Below, in pieces: positions 12,200-23,378 of a stretch of 64,000 nucleotides of DNA. The notes beneath the pieces are model-generated. The model was not told where the DNA came from, did no database searches, and worked only from the letters and a program-made list of their open reading frames with translations. The stretch lies in contig NC_086097.1 of assembly GCF_963921235.1 (NCBI RefSeq), positions 88,910,001 to 88,974,000 of the forward strand. The letters are read 5' to 3'. How positions within the stretch are numbered: the first letter of the stretch is position 1; each line of letters opens with the position of its first letter. Made by a program: the position numbers and the translations under genes. Source of the stretch: Mobula hypostoma. Lineage: Eukaryota.

Positions 12200-12983
12200 A
12201 AATAAATGTTAATGAAACCAAAGAACAAATCATTGACTTCAGAAAAAGATGTGAGACTACACATCAATTATCATTGGTGGGTCAGAAGTATATTCAGCAG
12301 CTTCAATTTCCTTGCTGTTAACATCAAGGAAATAAGGCATATCAGCACTTATTCTTTCTTAGAAGTTCAATGAGATTTGCCATGTCACCAAGTACTACAA
12401 CAAACTTCTACAGGTGCTCTGCACTATGGGCTCAGCACATAATCATGAAGAGGGCATGCCTGCAGCTCTACTTCATTGGGAGCTTTAGGAGATTTTGTAG
12501 GTCACATTGATTCTTGCAAATGTCAGTGGACAGCATTCCAACCGGTTGCATCACAGCCTGGTACGGAGGCTGCTATGTACAGGATCACAAGAGGCTGTGG
12601 AGAGTTGTAGACTCAGCGAACTCCACCGCGGGCACAACCCTCTCCAGCATCAAGGGCACCTTCAAGAGGCAGCGCCTCGAGAAACCGTCATCCATCATTA
12701 ATGATACTCACAGCCTGGGACATGCCATTTTTGCATAGCTACCATTCAGGAGTAGGTATGGGATCCTAAAGACCCACCCTCAATGTTTTAAGAACAGCTT
12801 TTCCCCTTCATCATCAGATTTCTGAACAGTTCATAAACCCATGAAAACTACCTTGTTACCTGCCTTTTGCATTACTTATTTATTTTGGTAACATAGAGTC
12901 ATGCACTATGCTTCTGCCATAAAACAACTAATTTCATGGCATATTATATATCAGTGATATTAAACCTGATTCTGATTCTGATT
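12200..12983 (+). mobile_element. Rex1/Babar-like LINE 3' fragment
   Basis: TKEQIIDFRK and SIPTGCITAWYGGC..QDHKRL.RVV remnants; (CTGATT)n tail at 12966-12983. Confidence 0.7.
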
Positions 12984-12989
12984 ATAGTC

Positions 12990-13598
12990 ACCTGACAAAT
13001 GGTTTCATGGCCTGGTATAGCAATCGCAATGGACAGGAAGGCAGTCGTGGATTTAGCCTGATTCATCGCGGACACTGCCCTTCCCACCATTGAAATGAGG
13101 TGCTGTTTCAAGAAGGTGGCATCTCTCATCTGAGGTCCCCATCATGTGGGTCATGACCTCTTCTCGCTGCTACTATCAGGCAGGAGGCACAGAAGCCTGA
13201 AGTTCTACACTGCCAGCTTCAGAAACGGCTAATTTCCTAAAACCAATAGATTCTTGAACAGACCTGCATCACCCTAATTCTACCTCAGCAAAGGAACACT
13301 ATGGCTGCACAACCTCTTGAACAATCATGGACTTGTCTCTGATTTTTTTGCACTAATGGCTTGTTTGGAGCAATCATTTTTTTTTCTATTGTCTAGTATG
13401 ATTTGAACATAATTTATGTTCTGTGCAGAGGCTTCCCGGTGGGAGCAGTAAATGAGGTTCCCAGAGAACCCCGATTGGAGTGTTCAGTGTGTTGTCCGGA
13501 TGTGCTGCATGTGCTTGTGACGCTGCTGCAAGCAAGTCTTTTATTACAGCTGTATCTCACTGTGCTTGTGCCGGTGACAGTAAACTTAACTTGACTCA
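12990..13598 (+). mobile_element. Second Rex1/Babar-like LINE 3' fragment
   Basis: AWYSN..DRKAVVDLA..I..T.LPTI remnant, F.LL.SGRR.RSL-like block, GTAAACTTAACTTGA tail. Confidence 0.6.
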
Positions 13599-14178
13599 AG
13601 GTCCACACAGATATTGTCCTCTCTACCATGTGATCTGAAACCCAGACACCTATAAAGGTAGTTTGGTAAAACTGAATCACTTTCACATGGGCTCGCAGCA
13701 CACAAAAGGGCCATGGTAGTCCAGCCATCCAAATTACTATAGTGTCAAATAAGTAATGACGTGTGTCAAAAAATCCTTCAAGCCATCCTTGAAGTTTTTA
13801 AAGGTTAACTCAGTCTTGGGAAAGCCTTGGACATGACAATATCACCTGGTGAAGACTCTTTCATTCTGCATTTACAACCTGAAGAGAGGAGGAATATTGA
13901 AGCAGAACAGAGGAATGTACAGGTCAACATTCACAACAGCTAGTCATGCTATAATAAGTTGCAGTTATTGTTCAATTCACCAGAGATAGGTCAAAGTAAA
14001 TATTGGTCTGCACTGTCACTCACACATCCTCAGATATCAAAGCACCATTAATGTCATGGTCATCTTACAAACTCGGGGAAAGAACTACACAACATACTCT
14101 TCCTTGATATGAACACCAAATGGGGCCGTAAACAAAGCTTCTGACCAACAATAGACCATTAACAACAGATCAATGATG

Positions 14179-14318
14179 AGTCCTGATGAAGGGTCTCGGC
14201 CCGAAACATCAACTGTTTACTCTTTTCCATCGATGCTGCCTGACCTGCTGAGTTCCTCCAGCATTTTGTATGTGTGGCTTGGATTTCCAGCATCTGCAGA
14301 TTTTCTCTTGTTTGTGAA
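14179..14318 (+). mobile_element. Penelope terminal-repeat copy with hammerhead core (14179-14214), CpG-decayed stems
   Basis: AGTC CTGATGA A GGGTCTCGGCCC GAAA CATC AACT (CGTCGACT to CATCAACT by CpG decay) plus the shared 3' tail. Confidence 0.85.
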
Positions 14319-15125
14319 TGGATCAATAATGTATGCTGTACTTTCAAGGAATGAAACTGGGCTAGAAGAGGTTAAAAGGAGTTCAAAGAATTCCATGCCT
14401 TTCTTTCCCCAAAGAGAGGGGACTTGGTTTAATTCCGGCACTATGTGACTTTTTGGATTTTATCAGAAGTCTCACTATTTTGTCTCCTGGTCATGACTGG
14501 GTTAAATTTACTCATACCCCCTCTGGTTCCAGGCACTGTGTTGACCTTCTTCAGAGTAATGTAGTCAAACCAAGAATAGCTCCTTCACTGCCATGGGTGC
14601 TGAGTAAGGGGAGCAACCCTGAATGAAATTAATTTCAAACCTCAGTCTCCTTCTCTTTCAGAACTCTCCACCTAATCCTCCAAACTGCAAACATGTACAG
14701 AAAACGTGGTGTCACTATTTTTGGAGAAAGGTGTTAAACACAAATTAATTACTTTGAAGTCATCTGTAGTAATTGGTACATATTTGGAAATGAATATGAT
14801 TGTAAGTTGGCTCCTACCTGCAGGACATTATGAACACCTTCTCGGTCTTTAGTACAGTGTGGTACAATAGAGTCATCCCCTTGACCCTCAGGAAGTTAAA
14901 AAGATTTAACCCTTAACTGTGCATACAACTCATACTTCTTCTCATAGGAGGATACCAGAGTACCTGGATGAAACCCACGCGGTCACGGGGAGATACTAAC
15001 AGCAGAGGGAATTTACCCCCAATTATATAGCTGGTAAAGCATAGCGCTAACTGCTATGCAACTGTGCCCCTCTCATAATAATGTAATGTTGTACCATTTC
15101 CCCGCCATAAATAATGGGGAATCAG

Positions 15126-15221
15126 CACACACAAAGTGCTGGAGGAACTCAGCAGGTTGAGTAGCATCTTTGGAAATGAATAAACAGTCTATGTTTTGGG
15201 CCGAGACCCTTCATCAGGACC
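15126..15221 (-). mobile_element. Penelope terminal-repeat copy with degenerate hammerhead
   Basis: Reverse complement reads GGTC CTGATGA AGGGTCTCGGCCC AAAA CATA GACT... Confidence 0.8.
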
Positions 15222-16887
15222 AATGGCACTTTGTATTTGGCACAGAGGTCTCTTTTCCACTGATTTCAATGGAGGGCAATGGATCTGAGAATAAGGTAAA
15301 TTGAATTTTGGCATATGTTTGTTTGTTTTCATTTAAGTGTGTTTTTGTTTATTTTTTCTAATTTTAATTGTTGCAGAGTCTCTAGCTTTTTAAATATTCT
15401 TGATATCTAACACCTTTGACAGCTGAACCTGAGATGTAACTAAGATCTTTCAATGATATTGTGATCGGGGTTCTACCTCATCCCTGTTTATATTGCAAAA
15501 CACTCTTGTTGCCAGGCAGAACTTCACGACAATGGACAGAGTTGGTTCCTCTATAAAAGTTCCCACTGGAGCAATCCTCAGAGTGACTGCAACCATTTTT
15601 CAGCGATCGGGAGATATTCCACTTCCAACGTGGCTTCGCCACCAACTCGAGGTTGTTGGACAATGATATTATGTTCATTAAATATAAGGAAGCTGAACAT
15701 GGAGCTTCATACTGTTCAACATTGGTAATGAAAACCTTGAACAACATTCTCCATTTTTCCTCCATAACTCAAGTGAAAGAATGTCCACACCAAGAACCTT
15801 ATATTTTAACTAATGCTCTCATTCTAGCAATTGCAATGACTTCCATTTATCTTCAGTCATTTGGATCCATCTGCAGAGTTCTCAGTTATGCCTCCTTTAA
15901 GCAATATTTAATGAGTAGGAGCTAAGAGAGTTCGAAAATAGGACATAGGAGCAGAATTGGGTCAATTGGCCCATTGAGTCTGCTCCGCCATTCAATCATG
16001 ACTGATCCTTTGTTTCCCCTCCTCAGACTCACTCCCTGGCCTTCTCCCTGTATCCTTTGATGCCGTGGCCAATTGAGAACCTTTGCCTTAAATATACCCA
16101 ATGACCCGGCCACAACTGTTGAATGTGGTCACAAATTCCACAAATTCACCACCCTCTGGCTAAAGAAATTTCTCCGCATTTCTGTTTTAAATGGACACCC
16201 CTCAATCCCGAGGCTGTGTCTTCTTGTCCTAAACTCCCCCACCATGGGAAACATCCTTTCCACATCTATTTTGTCTAGGCCTCTCAACATTCAAAAGGTT
16301 TCAATGAGATCCCCCCTCATCTTTCTAAATTCCAGCGAGTACTGACCGAGAGCCATCAAACGTTCCTCGTATGATCTTCCTTTCATTCCGGAATCATCCT
16401 TGTGAACCTCCTCTGGACCCTCTTCAATGCCAGCACATCTTTTCTAAGATGAATGGCCCAAAACTGTTCATAATACTCAAGGTGAGGCCTCACCAGTGCC
16501 TTATAAAGCCTCAGCATCACATCTCTGCTCTTGTATTCTAGACCTCTTGAAACGAATGCTAACATTGCTTTGCCTTCCTCACCACTGACTCAACCTGCAA
16601 GTTAATCTTTAGGGAATCCTGCACAAGGACTCCCAAGTCCCTTTGCATCTCAGATTTTTGGATTTTCTCCACATTTAGAAAATAGTCTGCACATTTATTT
16701 ATTCTACCAAAGTGCATGACCATGCATTTTCCAACATTGTGTGTCATTTGCCACGTTCTTGCCCTTTCTTCTAATCTGTCCAAGTCCTTCTGCAGTTTTT
16801 CTATTTCCTCAGCACTACCCACCCTTCCACCAATCTTCATATCATCTGCAAAGTTGGTAACAAAGCCATCTATTCCATCGCCTAAAT

Positions 16888-17936
16888 CAGGGATGGCCAA
16901 CCTATGGTGAATGCGCCAAAAGTGGTGCATTGGATGATTAGACGTGGCGCATTGCACCCCAGTGATAATAATAAAAAAGTAAGCCTACTCATGCAAAAAG
17001 TATTAACCAAAAACCGATTTGTAGAAAACAAAATCTATAACAGGAATTCCAGTACATAGCTTAGAGCTAAGAAATGGGTTTTACTGAGAATAAATCTAAA
17101 ACCTAGCAATTATTTTTAGCGATTTTATTATTTCATGCACATCTTTTGGCAAATGTTATCTTCTTTCACATTAATCTGTTTTCAATTAAAAAAATGTTCA
17201 ATGAGTCAAACTAGGAAAGAAGGACTTTTGTTCTGCAGTATTTACACAACTGTTCAATACACGTTTGATACTTGTTTGATCCTGAGGCGCCAGGCGTCTG
17301 CAGCAGTGGTGCGTCACAGGTTTTTGCCAGTCAGTTTACAATTGACACTCGTGCACTACGGAGTTGTGCTTTATTTGTCCTTTGTGAACATTTGCAGTCT
17401 AGTACTTTTTCGAAAATAAAGCCTTGTTTTTGCATTCAGTTACACATCACAGTGCAAAAGAAAATGAGCAAAAGAAAAGCAGAAAGTGATAGTAAGTGTG
17501 AATTCAATGAACAGTGGGAAAATTACTTCTTCTTTATAGTGGGTCCTTCAGGAAAACCGTTGTGCATTGTTTGTGAAAACACTTTCTCACATAATAGAAA
17601 ACATGAACTTAATAGACACTGTAAAACACAACATCAGACTGAAATAGAAGGAAAATTGAAGCTAGTGCTTGGGTCTGAGTTACAGAAAAAATATGTGATT
17701 AAGAAAAAGGAAGAAATCAAAAGAAGATAAAATACATTTTTTTAAAAAAGTTTCATTAAGGTAAGTAATGTTTATCTTGTTTTTATATTAAATAAATATA
17801 TCATGTAAAAATGCTAAATATGTCTATATTAACATATTTTTACAAGAATTGAATGGGGGTACAAGAGTTGTATGGTGCAGCTGAACTCGTGCATGAAAAA
17901 ATTGATGCATGGAATATAAAAGGTTGGCCACCCTTG
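16888..17936 (+). mobile_element. Internally deleted hAT (Charlie/SPIN-like) DNA transposon
   Basis: TIRs CAGGGATGGCCAACCT / CAAGGGTGGCCAACCT (14/16); 8-bp TSD GCCTAAAT / GTCTAAAT; 17464-17730 encodes MSKRKAES..FNEQWENYFFF..KPLCIVC..ELNRHCKTQH, an N-terminal BED-type zinc finger. Confidence 0.9.
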
Positions 17937-18300
17937 GTCTAAATTTTACAGCTTTAAAAAAGTGGTCCCAACACCAACTCCTGTGGAGCACCACTAGTCA
18001 CTGGCAGCCAACTAGGAAAGGATCCTTTTATTCCTACTCGCTGCCTCCTACCAAGCAGCCATTGCTGTAACCATGCCAGTAACTTTCCTGTAATACTGCG
18101 GGCTCTTAACTTGGTAAGCAGCCTCATGTGTGGCACCTTGTCAAAGGCCTTCTGAAAATCCAAATATACAAGATCCATTGCATCCCCTTTATCTATCCTA
18201 CTTGTAATCTCCTCAAAAAATTCCCAAAAAATCACCAGACAAGATTTTCCCTTGCTATGCTGATTTTGTCCTATCTTGTCCCATATCATCAAGTACTCAA

Positions 18301-18563
18301 GTTATTTTTTTTTTTCTCCAACGGCTTTCTGAGAGGCGGGACTGCGCAGGCGTGTGACGTCGGGCAGTGCAGCGCGGCAGATTTAAAAGGGCAGACATCC
18401 TGCTTCGGATTTGATTCGAAGAAGGAGTCTGAGAGTCTGAGTGGGAGTGCCGAAAAAGAGATTTTTGAAATTTTCGTTATTTTTTTTTCTCCAACGGCTT
18501 TCTGAGAGGCGGGACTGCGCAGGCGTGTGACGTAGGGCAGTGCAGCGCGGCAGATTTAAAAGG
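18301..18563 (+). promoter_or_regulatory. Tandemly duplicated CR1 5' UTR unit (putative internal promoter)
   Basis: Near-identical ~88-bp blocks at 18301-18390 and 18476-18563, each with GGCGGG, TGCGCAGGCG, TGACGT and ATTTAAAA. Confidence 0.6.
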
Positions 18564-18725
18564 AACAGAGCCTCATAGAGCGGGCAGCGTAGTTTGCGGG
18601 CGGCGGAGTGAGCCGGGAGCAGAGTGAAGACTTAAGGGCTTCGGCTCACCGGGCTTAGGCGGAAGCGGGTGAGGCGAGGAAGGTTTGACATTCATTTTCT
18701 GTTGCTATTTGAGGAGAGGGGCATT

Positions 18726-19661
18726 ATGACTGTGAGGGCAGTTTGCTGTTCTCGGTGTCGGATGTGGGAGGCCCTGGAGTCTCCAAGCCTCCCGGACGTC
18801 TACATCTGCGCCAAGTGCATCGAGATGCAGCTCCTAAGGGACCGCGTTACGGAACTGGAGCTGCAGCTCGATGACCTTCGTCTGGTCAGGGAGAGTGAGG
18901 AGGTGATAGAGAGGAGTGGAAGGCAGGTGGTCACGCCGGGGCCACGGGAGGCAGACAAGTGGGTCACGGTTAGGAGGGGGAAGGGGAAAAGGAAGGTGAT
19001 GGGGAGTACCCCGGCGGCTGTGCCCCTTAACAACAGGTACTCCTGTTTGAGTACTGTTGGGGGGGACAGCTTACCCGGGGGAAGCGACAGTGGCCCTGCC
19101 TCCGGCACAGAGTCTGGCCCTGTAGCTCAGAAGGGTAGGGCAAGGAAGAGGAGGGCAGTTGTGATAGGGGACTCGATAGTAAGGGGGTCAGATAGGCGAT
19201 TCTGTGGACGCAGTCCAGAGACTCGGATGGTAGTTTGCCTCCCTGGTGCCAGGGTCCGGGATATTTCTGATCGTGTCCAAGATATCCTGAAGTGGGAGGG
19301 TGAAGAGCCAGAGGTCCTGGTACATATAGGTACCAATGACATAGGTAGGAAAAGGGATGAGGTCCTGAAAGAAGAATATAGGGAGCTAGGAAGGGAGTTG
19401 AGAAAAAGGACCACAAAGGTAGTAATCTCGGGATTACTGCCTGTGCCACGCGACAGTGAGAGTAGGAATGCGATGAGGTGGAGGATAAATGCGTGGCTGA
19501 GGGATTGGAGCAGGGGGCAGGGATTCAAGTTTTTGGATCATTGGGACCTCTTTTGGCGCAGGTGTGACCTGTACAAAAAGGACGGGTTACACTTAAATCC
19601 TCGGGGGACCAATATCCTGGCAGGGAGATTAGCGGGGGCTACTGAGGTGACTTTAAACTAG
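18726..19661 (+). CDS. CR1 ORF1p (Cys-rich zinc motif, coiled coil, SGNH/GDSL esterase domain)
   Basis: Open from ATG 18726; CSRC..CAKC, heptad LRDRVTELELQLDDL, SGNH blocks VIGDSIVR, HIGTND and DGLHLN. Confidence 0.92.
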   Translation: MTVRAVCCSRCRMWEALESPSLPDVYICAKCIEMQLLRDRVTELELQLDDLRLVRESEEVIERSGRQVVTPGPREADKWVTVRRGKGKRKVMGSTPAAVPLNNRYSCLSTVGGDSLPGGSDSGPASGTESGPVAQKGRARKRRAVVIGDSIVRGSDRRFCGRSPETRMVVCLPGARVRDISDRVQDILKWEGEEPEVLVHIGTNDIGRKRDEVLKEEYRELGRELRKRTTKVVISGLLPVPRDSESRNAMRWRINAWLRDWSRGQGFKFLDHWDLFWRRCDLYKKDGLHLNPRGTNILAGRLAGATEVTLN

Positions 19662-22600
19662 AATGGTTGGGGGGTGGGAATCAAATTAAAGCGGCTAGGT
19701 GTGAGGAGGTTAGTTCACAACAGAGGGATGGGAACCAGTGCAGAGAGACAGAGGGGTGTAAAGTGAGCGTAGAAGCAAAAAGTACAAAGGGGAAAAGTAA
19801 AAGTGGCAGGCCGACAAATCCAGGGCAAGCATTAAAAAGGGCTAAGAGAGTTGTAAAAGAGTGCCTGAAGGCTTTATGTGTCAATGCAAGGAGCATTCGT
19901 AATAAGGTGGATGAATTGAAAGTGCAGATTGTTATTAATGATTATGATATAGTTGGGATCACAGAGACATGGCTCCAGGGTGACCAGGGATGGGAGCTCA
20001 ACGTTCAGGGATATTCAATATTCAGGAGGGATAGACACGAAGGAAGGGGAGGTGGGGTGGCATTGCTGGTTAAAAAAGAGATTAACGCAATAGAAAGGAA
20101 GGACATAAGCCGGGAAGATGTGGAATCGATATGGGTAGAGCTGCGTAACACTAAGGGGCAGAAGACGCTGGTGGGAGTTGTGTACAGGCCACCTAACAGT
20201 AGTAGTGAGGTCGGAGATGGTATTAAACAGGAAATTAGAAATGTGTGCAATAAAGGAACAGCAGTTATAATGGGTGACTTCAATCTACATGTAGACTGGG
20301 TGAACCAAATTGGTAAAGGTGCTGAGGAAGAGGATTTCTTGGAATGTATGCGGGATGGTTTTTTGAACCAACATGTCGAGGAACCGACTAGAGAGCAGGC
20401 TATTCTGGACTGGGTTTTGAGCAATGAGGAAGGGTTAATTAGCGATCTTGTCGTGAGAGGCCCCTTGGGTAAGAGTGACCATAATATGGTGGAATTCTTC
20501 ATTAACATGGAGAGTGACGTAGTTAATTCAGAAACAAAGGTTCTGAACTTAAAGAGGGGTAACTTTGAAGGTATGAGACATGAATTAGCTAAGATAGACT
20601 GGCAAATGACACTTCAAGGATTGACGGTGGATATGCAATGGCAGGCATTTAAAGGTTGCATGGATGAACTACAACAATTGTTCATCCCAGTTTGACAAAA
20701 GAATAAATCAAGGAAGGTAGTGCACCCGTGGCTGACAGGAGAAATTGGGGATAGTATCAATTCCAAAGAAGTAGCATACAAATTAGCCAGAGAAAGTGGC
20801 TCACCTGAGGACTGGGAGAAATTCAGAGTTCAGCAGAGGAGGACAAAGGGCTTAATTAGGAAGGGGAAAAAAGATTATGAGAGAAAACTGGCAGAGAACA
20901 TAAAAACGGACTGTAAAAGCTTTTATAGATATGTAAAAAGGAAAAGACTGATAAAGACAAATGTAGGTCCCCTGCAAACAGAAACAGGTGAATTGATTAT
21001 GGGGAGCAAGGACATGGCAGACCAATTGAATAATTACTTTGGTTCTGTCTTCACTAAGGAGGACATAAATAATCTTCCAGAAATAGTAAGGGACAGAGGG
21101 TCCAGTGAGATGGAGGAACTGAGCGAAATACATGTTAGTAGGGAAGTGGTGTTAGGTAAATTGAAGGGATTGAAGGCAGATAAATCCCCAGGGCCAGATG
21201 GTCTGCATCCCAGAGTGCTTAAGGAAGTGGCCCAAGAAATAGTGGATGCATTAGTGATAATTTTTCAAAACTCGTTAGATTCTGGACTAGTTCCTGAGGA
21301 TTGGAGGGTGGCTAATGTAACCCCACTTTTTAAAAAAGGAGGGAGAGAGAAACCGGGGAATTATAGGCCGGTTAGCCTAACGTCGGTGGTGGGGAAACTG
21401 CTGGAGTCAGTTATCAAGGATGTGATAACAGCACATTTGGAAAGCGGTGAAATGATCGGACAAAGTCAGCATGGATTTGTGAAAGGAAAATCATGTCTGA
21501 CGAATCTCATAGAATTTTTTGAGGATGTAACTAGTAGAGTGGATAGGGGAGAACCAGTGGATGTGGTATATTTGGATTTTCAAAAGGCTTTTGACAAGGT
21601 CCCACATAGGAGATTAGTGTGCAAACTTAAAGCACACGGTATTGGGGGTAAGGTATTGGTGTGGGTGGAGAATTGGTTAGCAGACAGGAAGCAAAGAGTG
21701 GGAATAAACGGGACCTTTTCAGAATGGCAGGCGGTGACTAGTGGGGTACCGCAAGGCTCAGTGCTGGGACCCCAGTTGTTTACAATATATATTAATGACT
21801 TGGATGAGGGAATTAAATGCAGCATCTCCAAGTTTGCGGATGACACGAAGCTGGGTGGCAGTGTTAGCAGTGAGGAGGATGCTAAGAGGATGCAGGGTGA
21901 CTTGGATAGGTTGGGTGAGTGGGCAAACTCATGGCAGATGCAATTTAATGTGGATAAATGTGAAGTTATCCACTTTGGTGGCAAAAATAGGAAAACAGAT
22001 TATTATCTGAATGGTGGCCGATTAGGAAAAGGGGAGGTGCAACGAGACCTGGGTGTCATTATACACCAGTCATTGAAAGTGGGCATGCAGGTACAGCAGG
22101 CGGTGAAAAAGGCGAACGGTATGCTGGCATTTATAGCGAGAGGATTCGAGTACAGGAGCAGGGAGGTACTACTGCAGTTGTACAAGGCCTTGGTGAGACC
22201 ACACCTGGAGTATTGTGTGCAGTTTTGGTCCCCTAATCTGAGGAAAGACATCTTTGCCATAGAGGGAGTACAAAGAAGGTTCACCAGATTGATTCCTGGG
22301 ATGGCAGGTCTTTCATATGAAGAAAGACTGGATGAACTGGGCTTGTACTCGTTGGAATTTAGAAGATTGAGGGGGGATCTGATTGAAACGTATAAGATCC
22401 TAAAGGGATTGGACAGGCTAGATGCAGGAAGATTGTTCCCGATGTTGGGGAGGTCTAGAACGAGGGGTCACAGTTTGAGGATAGAGGGGAAGCCTTTTAG
22501 GACCGAGGTTAGGAAAAACTTCTTCACACAGAGAGTGGTGAATCTGTGGAATTCTCTGCCACAGCAAACTGTTGAGGCCAGTTCATTAGCTATGTTTAAA

Positions 22601-22666
22601 AGGAAGTTAGATATGGCCCTTGTGGCTACAGGGGTCAGGGGGTATGGAGGGAAGGCTGGGTTCTGA
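19646..22666 (+). pseudogene. CR1 ORF2p (APE endonuclease + RT) with one in-frame TGA at 20693-20695
   Basis: ORFs 19667..20695 and 20720..22666 share a frame (PV*QKNK, probably TGG to TGA). Motifs NARS, ITETW, GDFN, SDH, YLDFQKAFDKV, GVPQGSVLGP, FADDTK. Confidence 0.93.
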
Positions 22667-23139
22667 GTTGGATGATCAGCCATGATCATAATAAATGGCG
22701 GTGCAGGCTCGAAGGGCCGAATGGCCTACTCCTGCACCTATTTTCTATGTTTCTATGTTTCTATGTTTCTACTCCATTATCTCATCCTTAACAATTGACT
22801 CCAACATCCTCCCAACCACTGAGATCAGGTCTATAATTTCCTTTCTTACGCCTTCCTCCTTTTTTAAAGAGTGGAGTGACATTTGCAATTTTCCAGTTCT
22901 CTGGCACCATGCCAGAGCCCAATGATTTTTGAAAAATCATTATTAATGCCTCCTCTATCTCCACCGCTACCTCTTTCAGAACCCTAGGATGCAGTTCATC
23001 TGGTCTGGGTGACTTATATTCCTTTAGGTCTTTCAGCTTTTTGAGCACCTTCTCCCTTGTAATGGTATCTGCACTCGCTTCTCTTCCCTCACACTCTTCA
23101 ACACTTGGCATACTGCTAGTGGAAATAATTTTTAAAACA

Positions 23140-23378
23140 CAAACAACAGGAATTCTGCAGATGCTGGAAATTCAAGCAACACACATAAAAGTTGCTGGTG
23201 AAGGCAGCAGGCTAGGCAGCATCTCTAGGAAGAGGTGCAGTCGACGTTCCAGGCCGAGACCCTTCGTCAGGACTGCAGGCCAGGCAGCATCTCTAGGAAG
23301 AGAAACGAAGGGTCTCGGCCTGAAATGTCAACTGCACCTCTTCCTAGAGATGCTGCCTGGCCTGCTGCGTTCACCAGC
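23140..23378. mobile_element. Inverted Penelope terminal-repeat insertion with 13-bp TSD; hammerhead motif at 23239-23274 (minus)
   Basis: AATTTTTAAAACA at 23127-23139 and 23379-23391. Minus copy reads AGTC CTGACGA AGGGTCTCGGCCT GGAA CGTC GACT; a partial plus copy lies at about 23305-23378. Confidence 0.88.

Larger units (their letters stand above)
18301..22771 (+). mobile_element. Young, apparently full-length CR1 LINE
   Basis: CpG-rich 5' UTR with a duplicated unit, intact ORF1, ORF2 with a single nonsense codon, CR1 3' UTR and (TTTCTATG)n tail at 22742-22771; short TACTC duplication at the junctions. Confidence 0.96.
15935..23120 (-). mobile_element. Older CR1 LINE (RT and 3' end) split by a hAT element and a young CR1
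   Basis: Collinear minus-strand RT fragments 22788..23111, 17954..18292 (YLDFQKAFDKVPH), 16559..16957 (FADDMK) and 16383..16565, then the 3' UTR at about 15935-16100. Sequence resumes across both insertions. Confidence 0.88.

Noticed and set aside
15478..15925. Overlapping 90-95 aa ORFs in apparently unique sequence
   Set aside because: No recognisable domain and no consistent splice signals.
18726..19661. SGNH esterase as a captured host or bacterial gene
   Set aside because: Esterase-type ORF1 is an established feature of vertebrate CR1 elements.
18800..22689. Numerous antisense and alternate-frame ORFs over the young CR1
   Set aside because: Shadow ORFs of a conserved LINE coding sequence with no independent motifs.
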